Shown piece by piece: positions 1 to 11,544 of a stretch of 64,000 bases of DNA. The translations under genes and the position numbers were made by a program. This DNA is from Mobula hypostoma. Its lineage: Eukaryota. Location: the NCBI RefSeq assembly GCF_963921235.1, contig NC_086108.1, positions 49,168,001 through 49,232,000 on the forward strand, read 5' to 3'. Under the pieces are notes generated by a model. The model saw only the letters and a list, made by a program, of their open reading frames with translations, did no database searches and was not told where the DNA came from. Within the stretch, counting starts at the first letter, position 1. The number at the start of each line of letters is the position of its first letter.

Positions 1-39
1 TACAGTTGTATTACAGAAATTTTCCTTTAGCTGTACATA

Positions 40-490
40 ATGTTGGTGATGCCATACCTGGAATTTTGTGCACAGTTGTGGTCCCCTTCCCTAAAGCTGC
101 AAAAAAGGAAATCATCAGGTTAATTTCTGAGATGTGCAGGTTGTCTTTTCAAGACAGGTGAGATAGTTTAGGGCAGATATTTCTTGGAGTTCAGAAGAAT
201 GAGAGTATAAGTTCCTTTGAGAGCTTAACAGGATTGAGATGTTTTAATTGGCAGGTGAGTCACAAATAAGATGTACTTGATTTATTTAAGGTGGAGATAT
301 ATATGAAAATATATATGCACACAGAATGTGTGTGTGTGTATTTGTAACTTTAGGGAATTGAGCATTATGGGGAAACTGGCACAGAAAAGGAGCTGAACCA
401 GGTATGGCTCAGTCATGATCAGATCGAATGATGGGGCAGACTTGAGGGACCTTGTGGCCTTCTCCTGTTCTTATTTTCTTATGCTTCTTT
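40..490 (+). mobile_element. Old CR1-type LINE 3' fragment (decayed)
   Basis: Degenerate match to the CR1 ORF2 end (tggtgatgccatacctggaattttgtgcacagttgtggtcccc, resembling LVRPHLEYCVQFWSP) and a CR1 3'UTR-like tail near 420-490, similar to better preserved copies in this window. Boundaries approximate. Confidence 0.6.
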
Positions 491-1211
491 ATGCTCAAAA
501 ATGGATCAACTGGAACAGCCATAAGTGTATGTGCTTTTTGAAAGCAATTCAATCTTTATAGACGTAGTATTTTATTCAGAAACTGGTGATTAATAGAATT
601 CAAATACAATACCACTTTTTTGAATTTACTTAAACTATTTTTAAATTTTATTGGAAGTCTTTCACGTCCTGCTTATTCATTGAAACACTGAAGATTATAA
701 GTTGTAGTTTAGAAGTAGAAGCAAAAAAAAATGGGACCAGAAATCTAAAACATTCTAATGTGGAAAATTGAATTACAAAATGTGATTGGTATTTCTGATT
801 GCTATGATATACTGTATTCCTTGTGCAGGGACACATTAGAGTGAATTTATGGAGCCTTGAGTATATAGAAAAAATACGTGTAATGCTTCTGTTTTGAAAT
901 CTGTTTCTTGTTAACTTCCTTTATAGTTTCTTGAAAGTTTTGGTGTAAATCTATTAAAAAATAATCAATGGCTTATCACATGTTCAGGGCAACTTCACAG
1001 GGCTGAGATAAATTGGGTATGAGGAAGATATTTGGTTAGTTGCCTCGCTTTTGAAGTATGCTGTGGATGTGGAGCATATAGTGTCCACTCATATACTTTG
1101 GATTTCATCAAGCAATGTCCACTATAGTATATATTTTGTAATTAAAGTAGATAATAATTTTCAAATTTCATAGAATACTTTATTATTTCCATTATTCAAT
1201 TCTCTATTTAG

Positions 1212-1440
1212 AATATTAAAGGAACTCCTGAAAAAGGAGTTCTTCAATGGCATTGGACCCCCTAAAGAACATACATATGACTTCCAAACAAATATAGAGT
1301 GGGATCAATATTTGAGGAGATTGTGTTTCGGATCATCCAAATACTCGACGGATACATATTGCATTCAATACGTTTCATTCAAACAAAAAGTGCAATGCAT
1401 ACCTATTCAACCCTGCATATTTCAGCCTGTATTGCAATGA
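1212..1440 (+). other. Possible terminal coding exon of an unidentified upstream gene
   Basis: Pyrimidine-rich acceptor (ttattcaattctctatttAG, AG at 1210-1211) followed by 75 open codons (ILKELLKKEFFNGIGPPKEHTYDFQTNIEWDQYLRRLCF...PVLQ*) in AT-rich DNA with no repeat I recognise. Product not recognised. Confidence 0.25.
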
Positions 1441-1671
1441 TGTTTGTCAGGTTCATTTTATTCACATTTTTCTATCAGAACTAGAAAAGCTGAATACTAA
1501 TTTTCTCCCCACACAACCTTTCTGTATCCAGTATTTGAATGCAGGGACGTTGCAGATAGCAACGTTTGTCACATTTATTCACTCATTCTGCAAACATGAA
1601 GTAAAATTTTTACTCTTTGTCTGTGATATTAATATTGAAAGACATATACTTAATATCATAAATAGACAGAC

Positions 1672-1958
1672 TGTAGCGATGTGCTACACACAGCGCTAGA
1701 ATAACCACACGGAGTCGGTGAGTTAGAGTTGCGATGAAAGAGATTTATTCAAACTTCGCGGCCCGCTTTAAAGCCTTCCCGTTCCCGCCCTCCCTGAGCA
1801 GGACTACTGTGGAGAATGCATATTCCCAGACCCTTTCTGCGCGCGGGATTTTCCCCCTGCTGGTGAAGATGGCCTGGCGCCCTTTTTGCTGCCGGCCCTC
1901 TGCCTGGGTGCGCTGTTTCGTGAGCCGGTTCGTGGGTGCCAGAAAGTGGGTCGCCACA
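1672..1958 (-). repeat. 3' LTR of Gypsy element
   Basis: Direct repeat of 5753-6039 with 7 mismatches counted by eye and no indels. Adjacent to the PPT. Confidence 0.96.
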
Positions 1959-4900
1959 TAACCCCCCCCCCCAGAACTGGCGATACCTCCCCCAATGTCC
2001 ACAGTCTGGATCGGCCTCTGTTTGGGAGGTCTGCCCCTGCGCCACGGTGCCTGCGCCTGGACCGGTTGCGCCAAGTCCACATGGGCCGGTTTGAGTCGGT
2101 CCACTGTGAAAACCTCCTCTCTCCCCCCAATGTCCAGCACGAACGTGGACCCGTTGTTCCTGATCACCTAAACGGCCCCTCGTAGGGCCACTGTAGCGGT
2201 GCCCGGTGTCCGCCCCGTCGTACAAAAAGAAACTTACAGTTCTGCAGGTCTTTGGGTACGCAGGTCGGGCTCTGTCCGTGCTGTGAAGTGGGTATGGGGG
2301 CCAGGTTACTGAGCCTCTCCCGTAGTCTGTCCAGGACTGCTGTGGGTTCTTCCTCTTGCCCCCTTGGGGCTGGTATGAACTCTCCTGGGACGACCAGGGG
2401 CACGCCGTACACCAACTCGGCCGACGAGGTGTGTAGATCCTCTTTGGGCGCCGTGCGGATTCCGAGCAGGACCCAGGGAAGTTCGTCCACCCAGTTAGGC
2501 CCCTCCAGGCGGGCCATGAGAGCCGATTTCAGGTGACGGTGGAAGCGCTCCACTAGTCCGTTCGATTGTGGGTGGTAGGCAGTTGTGTGGTGTAGCTGTG
2601 TTCCTAAAAGTCTGGCCATAGCCGACCACAGGCTGGAGGTGAACTGGGCTCCCCGTCGGAGGTAATGTGGGCCGGTACCCCAAAGCATGCTACCCAGGTT
2701 GCGATCAGTGCTCGGGCGCAGGATTCGGAGGTGGTGTCGCTGAGCGGGACTGCCTCTGGCCATCTGGTGAACCGGTCTATCATAGTTAGGAGGTACCGCG
2801 CTCCTCGTGACACTGGCAGGGACCCCACGATATCCACATGGATGTGGTCGAACCTCCGGCGGGTGGGTTCGAACCGCTGCGGTGGAGCCTTGGTGTGCCG
2901 CTGCACCTTGGCCGTTTGGCACTGCATACACATTTTGGCCCATTCACTGACCTGTTTACGAAGTCCATGCCACACGAACCTGTTGGAGACCAGCCGGACA
3001 GCTGTCCTGATGGAGGGGTGCGCTAAGTTGTGAATGGATTCGAACACCCGCCGGCGCCAGGCTGCTGGGACGATGGGGCGGGGTTGGCCAGTAGCTACGT
3101 CACATAGTAGGGTCCTCTCACCTGGGCCTACGGGGAGGTCTTGGAGCTGCAAACCGGAGACTGCAGTCCTGTAACTGGGGATCTCAGCTTCTGCCTGCTG
3201 TGCCTCCGCTAGTGCTGCATAGTCCACCCCCTGGGACAGGGCCTGTATGGTAGGTCTGAAAAGTGCGTCTGCCACGACATTGTTCTTTCCAGAGACATGC
3301 CGGATGTCCGTCGTGTACTCGGAGATGTAGGACAGATGTCGCTGCTGGCGGGACGACCAGGGGTCGGACACCTTAGTGAACGCAAAGGTAAGCGGTTTGT
3401 GGTGTGTGAACGCGGTGAAGGGCCTACCTTCTAAGAAGTACCTGAAATGCCGGATTGCCAGGTATAGTGCCAATAGCTCCCGGTCGAAAGCACTGTATTT
3501 GAGTTCGGGTGGTCGTAGGTGTTTGCTGAAGAACGCCAGGGGTTGCCAGCGACCCTCGATGAGTTGTTCCAGCATTCCACCGACTGCTGTGTTGGATGCG
3601 TCCACCGTGAGGGCAGTAGGAACGTCCGTTCTGGGGTGCACTAGCATCGCGGCGTTTGCCAAGGCTTCTTTGGTTTTAACGAAAGCGGTTGCGGCCTCTT
3701 CGTTCCAGGTAATGTCCTTGCCCTTACCCGACATTAGAGTGAACAAGGGGCGCATGGTTCGGGCTGCTGAGGGGAGGAAACAGTGGTAGAAATTCACCAT
3801 ACCCACGAATTCCTGCAAGCCTTTGATTGTGTTGGGTCGGGGGAAGTGGCGGACCGCGTCTACCTTGGCAGGCAGCGGGGTTGCCCCGTCTTTAGTAATC
3901 CTGTGGCCCAGGAAGTCGATGGTGTCGAGTCCGAACTGGCATTTGGCTGGATTGATTGTAAGGCCGAATTCACTCAGGCGGGAGTAGAGCTGGCGGAGGT
4001 GGGACAGATGCTCCTGCCGACTACTGCTGGCTATGAGGATGTCGTCCAAATAGATGAATGCAAAGTCCAGGTCGCGTCCATTAGCCGCTGGAAAGTCTGT
4101 GCGGCATTCTTTAGACCAAACGGCATTCTGAGGAATTCGAAAAGTCCGAATGGGGTGATAAGTGCTGTTTTGGGGATGTCGTCCGGATGTACAGGGATTT
4201 GATGGTATCCCCGGACGAGGTCTACCTTGGAAAAGATCCTTGCGCCGTGTAGGTTTGTTGCGAAGTCTTGAATGTGCGGCACAGGGTAGCGGTCCGGCGT
4301 TGTAGCCTCGTTCAGTCTGCGGTAGTCACCGCATGGTCTCCAGCCCCCCGTTGCCTTGGGCACCATGTGAAGGGGGGAGGCCCATGGGCTGTCGGACCGT
4401 CGTATGATCCCTAATTCCTCCATCTTCTTGAACTCCTCCTTCGCCAGTCGGAGCTTGTCCGGGGGAAGCCTTCGAGCACGGGCGTGGAGGGGTGGTCCCT
4501 GGGTCGGGATGTGGTGCTGTACTCCGTGTCTGGGCATGGCTGCCGTGAACTGCGGTGTCAGTACTGATGGGAAATCCGCCAGGACCCTGGTGAATTCATC
4601 GTCGGACAGCGTGATGGAGTCCAGGTGTGGGGCTGGCAACTGTGCTTCGCCCAGGGAGAACGTTTGAAAAGTCTTGGCGTGGACTAATCGCTTCCCTTGC
4701 AAGTTGACCAGCAGGCTGTGGGCTCGTAGAAAATCTGCCCCCAGCAGTGGTTGGGCCACGGCGGCCAGTGTGAAGTCCCACGTGAACCGGCTGGAGCTGA
4801 ACTGTAGCCGCACCGTGCGGGTGCCGTAGGTTCGTATTGTGCTGCCATTAGCGGCCCTCAGGGTGGGTCCCGGTTCTCTGTTGCGGGTGTCGTAACTCGT

Positions 4901-5035
4901 TGGAGGTAAGACGCTGATCTCCGCTCCGGTGTCGACCAAAAAGCGGTGTCCCGACTGCTTGTCCCAGACGTACAGGAGGCTGTCCTGATGGCCAGCTGCC
5001 GTAGCCATCAGCGGCGGCTGGCCCTGGCGTTTCCC
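1745..5035 (-). pseudogene. pol: Gypsy pol (protease, RT, RNase H, integrase), broken by three frameshifts
   Basis: Protease [51 protein letters not shown]; RNase H LTVDAS..YSAFDRELLA; integrase HHCC and core HVDIVG..ITSD..NGLVERFH; GPY/F tail. Split across ORFs 4031-5101, 2604-4049, 2164-2943 and 1745-2167. Confidence 0.93.
1961..1975 (-). other. Polypurine tract of Gypsy element
   Basis: G-run on the minus strand (TCTGGGGGGGGGGGT-TA) immediately before the TG start of the 3' LTR. Confidence 0.85.
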
Positions 5036-5712
5036 GGGAATTTGCAGGGCGGTCTGCAGCGGCGAGCCTCCATGCCCCACCGCTGGTGGTAGAAACACCA
5101 TTGTTCGTTGGGCTCCTCACTCCCGTCGCCGGGTTTTGTAGGCTCTGCTGCCGGGCCTGGTCTGGTCTGTCGTTGGGCACGCGGCTTGGTGATCTGTGCG
5201 ACGGATGCCCCTCTCTCTTTCCTGGCATTCCACAGCACATCTGCTCGGGCCGCCACCTTCCGGGGGTTGCTGAAATCTGCGTCGGACAGCAGCAGGCATA
5301 TGTCCTCGGGCAGTTGCTCTAGGAACGCCTGCTCAAACATGAGGCAGGGTTTGTGTCCTTCAGCCAGGGCCAGCATCTCGTTCATTAATGCTGACGGCGG
5401 CCTGTCTCCCAAACCATCCAGGTGCATTAAGCAGCGTGCTCGTTCGCGCCGTGAGAGTCCGAAAGTCCTTATGAGCAGGGCTTTGAATGCTGTGTATTTG
5501 CCGTCCTCCGGGGGCGACTGTATAAACTCCTCAACTTGTGCAGCAGTCTCCTGGTCGAGGGAGCTCAGCACGTAGTAGTAGCGAGTGGACTCCGAGGTTA
5601 CCTGCCGAATGTGGAATTGTACTTCTGCTTGTTCGAACCATAAATGGCGTCGCAGCGTCCAGAAGCTTGGCAGTATTAACGAAACTGCGTGAACAGATGC
5701 AGTGTCGGTCAT
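5008..5712 (-). CDS. gag: Gypsy gag (234 aa from the ATG at 5712), uninterrupted
   Basis: ORF just downstream of the PBS with LPSFW..WFEQAE N-terminus, [10 protein letters not shown] middle and C-terminal [14 protein letters not shown] Cys/His motif. Confidence 0.88.
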   Translation of the reverse strand: MTDTASVHAVSLILPSFWTLRRHLWFEQAEVQFHIRQVTSESTRYYYVLSSLDQETAAQVEEFIQSPPEDGKYTAFKALLIRTFGLSRRERARCLMHLDGLGDRPPSALMNEMLALAEGHKPCLMFEQAFLEQLPEDICLLLSDADFSNPRKVAARADVLWNARKERGASVAQITKPRAQRQTRPGPAAEPTKPGDGSEEPNEQWCFYHQRWGMEARRCRPPCKFPGNARASRR

Positions 5713-5736
5713 CTCTGGTCCAAATATCGTTTGGGC

Positions 5737-5750
5737 CGTCGGGGTCACCA
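5737..5750 (-). other. Primer binding site complementary to tRNA-Trp
   Basis: Minus-strand TGGTGACCCCGACG, 2 nt from the 5' LTR. Matches the first 14 nt of the tRNA-Trp PBS known from avian leukosis/sarcoma viruses (TGGTGACCCCGACGTGAT). Confidence 0.9.
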
Positions 5751-5752
5751 AT

Positions 5753-6039
5753 TGTAGCGATGTGCTACACACAGCGCTAGAATAACCACACGGAGTCGGT
5801 GAGTTAGAGTTGCGATGAAAGAGATTTATTCAAACTTTGCGGCCCGCTTTAAAGCCTTCCCGTTCCCGCCCTCCCTGGGCGGGACTACTGTGGGGAATGC
5901 ATATTCCCAGACCCTTTCTGCGCGCGGGATTTTCCCCCTGCTGGTGAAGATGGCCTGGCGCCCTTTTTGCTGCCGGCCCTCTGCCTGCACGCGCTGTTTC
6001 GTGAGCCGGTTCGTGGGTGCCAGAAAGTGGGTCGCCACA
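5753..6039 (-). repeat. 5' LTR of Gypsy element
   Basis: 287-bp direct repeat of 1672-1958, adjacent to the PBS. Confidence 0.96.
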
Positions 6040-6560
6040 AGACCATTTTCTCGCACAGGTGAGATACCATTGGCAGTGATATATTTGACTAAATTGGTTG
6101 TTAAGATTTATGTGATTCCTGATCTTTATGATTTCTTAAATCAAAACTGAGCAACAGTTGCAGCACACAAAGAAACAATTAATTGTATCTGTTACTTGTA
6201 ATCAAAGAGACTATCCAGTCTCTTTGATATGTGTTAACATACCTTCAAATCTTGATTCTGATTGTATATCTATTGAATATTATTTTTAAAATTTAATTTT
6301 CTCCTTTCTTGATGCTACATTTGGCAAATTCTCATTCCTTCCACTTTCATCTGTATTCAACTATGCAGATCCAGGTTCTAATTTTGCTCCATGTGATATA
6401 ACTGCTTGCAGATTAATTGTAACACCATGAATAACATCAGCACAAATTAAGTTAGAAACATTTCCTATTTTTGATGTACTGCTGCTATTAAGCATCTGGC
6501 CTTAAAAGTCCTCTGTACATTTTGTTTGACATTAAAATAGTAATATGAACACCTATGATA

Positions 6561-6630
6561 AAATGGCGGAGCAGACTCGATGGGCCGAATGGCTGACTTC
6601 TGCTCCTTTGTCTTATGGTCTATGGTCTAT
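6561..6630 (+). mobile_element. Very short CR1-type 3' tail
   Basis: aatggcggagcagactcgatgggccgaatggc..tcttatggtctatggtctat, similar to the CR1 end at ~39905-39966. Confidence 0.65.
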
Positions 6631-7429
6631 ATGTTATTTTAAGTGTACTAAAACAAAGATCACAATATTTTACCACAAGGCGTAACAAGCATGATTATCA
6701 AGTCCACTCATTTAAAAATGTGTTCTTTTAGTTTCAATGAAGCTTTAATTCAATGTCTCATAACTGCTGAGATTTACGCTCACAGTTGAGACCTCTTCAG
6801 TTAGTTCCTCAGGTTCTATAGCACTGCTATACAAGTATAGCTTGATTTATAATATGAACAATTCTGAGGGCCACTCTGGAGCAAATTTAGAATGGGTAAT
6901 ATAGCCAGATGCTGATACTTCTGATTATTTTTAAAGGCACAAATGCCACATTTCTTGCTCTGGCACTGACTCCACTCTGCTACTTCCTTCCTTCTTAAGT
7001 CAGTGCCTCTTCATTGCTCTCAAGTAGATGCTATCAAGTGGCTATCATGAAGATGTTTGTTAGAAACACATTCCCTCCAGTGCTTGGATGAAAAAAACCC
7101 TCACATTTTAACATGAATTCTGAGGTTAGGACCATTACATCTATATCCTTCAACTCCATTTTGAATCTGCTAACATCCTTTCTTACAATGTACACATTAT
7201 TTCACTTGCACACACAATCTCCTGTCATCTTTGATTCCTTTATTCCTCTGACTCTCTGTTTGTTTGTCTCTCTCTCTTTCTTTCTTTCTCTCTCTTCCCT
7301 ACACACATGCATACAAACCTACTCCTCCACTGTTTTCTCATTTGTACTTTGCCTTTATATCCCTGCATAGTTTCTGGGTGACTTTCCTCCAACTCTGAGA
7401 GAATTGATGAGGCCAAAGTAGGTTCCAGA

Positions 7430-7750
7430 CACCACCGCAGTTGGGATAAGAGAAGCTTAACAGTACTAGGGGAGATAATGTAGCCTTCTGTTGTTTTTCA
7501 CTGGATTTCTGTATAACTCCAGTGGAATAACTCAAGGTTCTCAATGCATTTCCAGATGATCCTTTGTTTTAGTTGGCCACAATCCTCCATGTCAATTAGA
7601 TGCTGGAGTTTTCACAGAGGTGTTGAGAATGTGTTTGAAGTATTTAATATCCTTGACGTCTTCCTGATAAATTCAGAATAGAATATCATTTTGGAAGTAG
7701 GGCATCAGGCATGTGAATGATGTGGACACTGGAGGTAGGTGGTTGATGAG
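7430..7750 (-). mobile_element. Decayed RTE-clade LINE 3' fragment
   Basis: Minus strand ..cacatcattcacatgcctgatgccctacttccaaaa.. resembles the RTE C-terminal GHVIRMPDxRLPK motif. Heavily mutated. Confidence 0.4.
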
Positions 7751-8799
7751 GAATCTGATTGTTTCCCCTTAACCAACAACAGAGATGCCCTTTTTACTTA
7801 TAATTATACTTGTCTGCAGGAACTAAAGTTTCCTGGATCACACGCAGAAATGTCCAAAATGGTTTGCCATTTACCTCAGGTTCTCTGCAGCTGATTTCTA
7901 TCTTTAGTTGAAATTGACCTTGAAGTATATATTTATATGTTATTCTGTGAGTATAAAAGGTTGATAACAGGGGCTCTGTGGTCTACTACCAGATATACAG
8001 TCCTTTTCCTTTTAAGAGAACTATTCCATTGCTTGGATTAGTGTCCACAAGAATACTTACTTTTAAAATAACTCATTTTGTTTCTCCTTTACGTATAACA
8101 TTAAAAATAAACATGATGCATTTCCTTCCATATTCTGCACATTCAAATTTTACGTAATTTAAGTAAAAGCATTTATTTTGTTGTGTGATAAGAAAAGGGA
8201 TGATGCCAGGACAGCAGACCTCATTTACAATTCTTAGCACTTTTACTATTCCCTGAAAATTTGCAATTTTACTATTTTCTGATGACATCAGAGAAAGATT
8301 TCCAATATAAGCCTTTTACAGAATATCCTTAATTTCCATTAAGTTACTGATCTTTGCTATTTTTTTGTTTCTTTGATATTCTATGGAAATGCTGATTCTT
8401 GTATGTAGTTACATAAAAAGCTTTATACAAATTTGCTGTTCTTCATGTGTGAGTTTTGGTTGTGTGACCATACAACTGAGTGAGACATAACAACAGACCT
8501 CAAACCTATTGCCAGTTTGCTATTCCCCAGTGAGGTGAATGGACTGATCATCAAAACACTCACTTTATTCACTCTTTTCTACTCACTTCATTGCCTAGAG
8601 GTATTGACCATAAATTGAACCTGGTATACCTGCAGAGCCCATTGGAACATCATAATATAATATTTTCATATGTTCTGATATAGTGAGATTGGGATTCAAA
8701 GTAATGCTGTCAATTAAATAGGCATTGATACTTGAATAATCTGAGTGTAAATGTATTTATTGTGATATGTTTATTGTACACAAAGTATAAAATGCCCAT

Positions 8800-9640
8800 A
8801 AACATAGAACGGTACAGCACAGTACAGGCCTTTTGGCCCACAGTGTTGTGCTGGCTCTTTAACCTACTCCAAGATCAATATAACCCTTCTCTTCCACATA
8901 ACCCTCCAATTTATTTCATCCATGTGAATATCCAAGAGTTTATTAAATGTCCTTAATGGATCTACCTCTACCAATAGCCTATGGCAGTGTGTTCAATGTA
9001 CCTACACCCCTGTAAAATAACTTGCCTCCAACATCCCCCCTATATTTTTCTCCCAACATCTTAAAGTTATGGCTGCTTGTATTTATCATTTTCACCCTGG
9101 AAAAAAGTCTCTGACTGGTCATCTAGCTACAGGAAAGACGTCATTATACTAATGAGTGTGTAGAAAAGATTTCCAAGTTGGGATTGGAGGGCTTGAGTTT
9201 CAAGGGAAGGCTGGATAGGTGGCACAGTTTTCCCTGGAGAAAAGAAGGTGGCTGGTGATGTTATACAAGTATATAAAATCATGAGAGGAATAGATAAGGT
9301 AAGGTCATAGATAAGGTCATAGTCGTTTTTACACAGTGATGAAGTCTAGAAGCTGAGGGTTAAGGAAGTTTAAGATTATGGAAGATATAAAGGGGATTTC
9401 AGGGGTGAATTTTTGCATAAGAAGTGGTGGTATGTGGAACGAGTTGTCAGAGAAAGTGATAGAGATGAGGAAAACTGCAACAGTTAAAAACCATTTAGAC
9501 AGGTACGTGAATGGGAACGGTTTAAGGGAATATGGGCCAAATGAAAACAAATAGAATTAGTTCAGATAGACACCCCTGTCAGCAAGGACAAGTTGGGTCA
9601 AGTGGTCTATTACCATGCTGTATAACTTTAAGACTCCATA
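8800..9640. mobile_element. Two CR1 3' fragments joined head-to-head (minus ~8800-9120, plus ~9125-9640)
   Basis: Left part starts with the reverse CR1 tail (aacatagaacggtacagcacagtacaggcc). Right part has YRKDV..GLEGL-type sequence and a plus-strand tail. Confidence 0.7.
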
Positions 9641-10269
9641 TGTAAAACTAATTGTCTTCCTTTAGGTGTTTATTAGAAATTGATTGACAAGCCTGGTTCA
9701 GATCATCCACTGCAGATCCAAATTTCCTCATTCTGTTTAGTTAAGGAAGTATACAATTACCTGTGTAGTTCATGTAAATTGCAGATTTACTTTTGAGGAC
9801 ACCACTTTGGGTTTACAATTTATCTGCTCCTGTGTGAATACCTACATAAGTTTAAAGGTTTGCAACTGACAATTAATCTGGGCTTTCTGTCTCAGGGTTA
9901 ACTGTTGAATCCCTTTTTAGGACAGTGAGAATTGTAGGTTAGTAATGGCCACCGTTGTAAAAAGGATGTCGGCATGACTGCAACATAATAAAAATGCCAA
10001 CTTTTTTTGGGTGTGGATGGCTTTTGGTTTGAAGTAACTCCCTGAATTAATCAGAATAAATGATAAAACACTTTTTTTGGATAATGTTGCGTTGTTTAAA
10101 ACTCCCGTTGCTGAAGAGTTCAGTTACGTTTTAGGCGATGACAGCAAATCATTGGTATTAATATTATTTTCTTTACACAATGTTTTGAAGTTTGCTGCAC
10201 TGTGAGACTGCATTCTGAAAAGATTTGAAATACCATCATTTAATTTCAAATCATAATTGCACAGGATCA

Positions 10270-10548
10270 CAGGAGGTTGTAGAGCATTCTAGATTCAGCC
10301 ACCTCCATTATGGGCACAAACTTCCTCAACATTGAGGACATCTTCAAGAGAAGGTTCCTCAAGCATGTGGTATCCATTATTTAGGACCTTCACTATCCAG
10401 GACATGTCCTCATCTCATTATTACCATTAGGGATGAGGTACAAGAGCCGAATAACCCACACTCAATAATTCAGTAACAGCTTCTTCCCCTCATTCATCGG
10501 ATTTCTGATTGATCCATAAACCTATGAACACTACCTCATTATTTCTCT
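10270..10548 (+). mobile_element. Rex1/Babar-type LINE 3' fragment
   Basis: Degenerate IEDIFKRRxLK..DxHxPGHxL..LP.GxRYKS..NSFFP ORF C-terminus. Confidence 0.7.
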
Positions 10549-10551
10549 TTT

Positions 10552-11308
10552 AAGTTCACAGTAAATTTTATTATCAGAATACATACTGTATATGTCACCA
10601 CATGCACTGTCAGATTCTTTTTCCTGAGGGCATACTCAGTAAATCTATAGAATAGTAACTATAAAAAGACTCAATTCAAGATCAAGTTGAGTACAGAAGA
10701 CAACAAACTGTGCCAATGCAAATATAAATAAATAGCAATAAATAACAAGAAAATGAAATAACAAGATAAAGAGTCCTTAAAGTGAGATCATTGGTTGTGG
10801 CAGTGGATCGGCAGGTGAGTGTAGCCCTTTTATTCAAGAGCCTGATAGTTGAGGGGTAGTAACTGTTCTTGAACCTGGTAGTGCGAGTCCTGCGACTCTT
10901 GTACCTTCTACCTGATAACAGCAGCAAGGAAAGAACATGGCCTGGATGGTGAGGATCTTTGAGGATGGATGTTGCTTCCCTGTGACAGTGTTTCATGTAG
11001 ATATGTTCAATGGTTGGGAGGGCTTTACTTGTGATGTGCTGGGCTGAATCCACTACCTTTTGTAGATTTTCTGTTTAAAGGCATTGGTGTTCCCATTCCA
11101 GTCCTTGATGTAGCCAGTCAATACATTCTCCAACAAAACACATCCATAGAAGTTTGTCAAAGTTTTTGATGTCATGCCGAATTTCTGCAGACTCCTATGG
11201 AAGCAGAGATGCTGTTGTGCTTTTTTGCAATTACATTTACATGCTGGGTCCAGGATAGGTCTTCTAAGATAGTGACACCCAGGAATTTAATGTTACTGAC
11301 CTGCCCCA
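10552..11308 (-). mobile_element. Rex1/Babar-type LINE 3' fragment
   Basis: ORF 10682-11053 (LPTIEHIY..ILKDPHHPGHVLSLLLLSGRRYKS..RFKNSYYPSTIRLLN) plus 3'UTR. Confidence 0.85.
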
Positions 11309-11544
11309 AGAACTGTGCAGGATCCAAGGGCATAGCTGTGGACTGCATCCACGCCAGATGTTTCTGTGGGTTCTAGAACTCTAAAACCCATGTCCTCGAT
11401 ATTATTTATTTATTTATGCTATCTGTTTTTTTCTTTGTTTGCACAGAATGCCTCTTTTGCACAATAGTTGTTTGTTGTCTTTGCTTGCGTGTGGTTTTTC
11501 ATTGATTTTATTGTGAACGCCCGCAAGAATATTAATCTTAGGCT

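Larger units (their letters stand above)
1672..6039 (-). mobile_element. Full-length Ty3/Gypsy LTR retrotransposon (4368 bp)
   Basis: Two 287-bp TG...CA LTRs, 4-bp TSD AGAC (1668-1671 and 6040-6043), PBS, PPT, gag, and pol in PR-RT-RNaseH-IN order. No env. Confidence 0.97.

Noticed and set aside
1734..1961. 75-aa and 111-aa plus-strand ORFs (1734-1961, 5815-6150) that look like a duplicated small gene
   Set aside because: They lie in the two LTRs, antisense to the element; the duplication is explained by the LTRs.
2252..5780. Many plus-strand ORFs over the Gypsy interior; possible env or accessory gene
   Set aside because: Antisense shadows of GC-rich gag/pol. There is no room for env between integrase and PPT.
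6040..6066. Donor-like CAG/GTGAGA right after the LTR, suggesting a micro-exon split by the insertion
   Set aside because: No adequate acceptor or reading-frame support; such motifs are common by chance.
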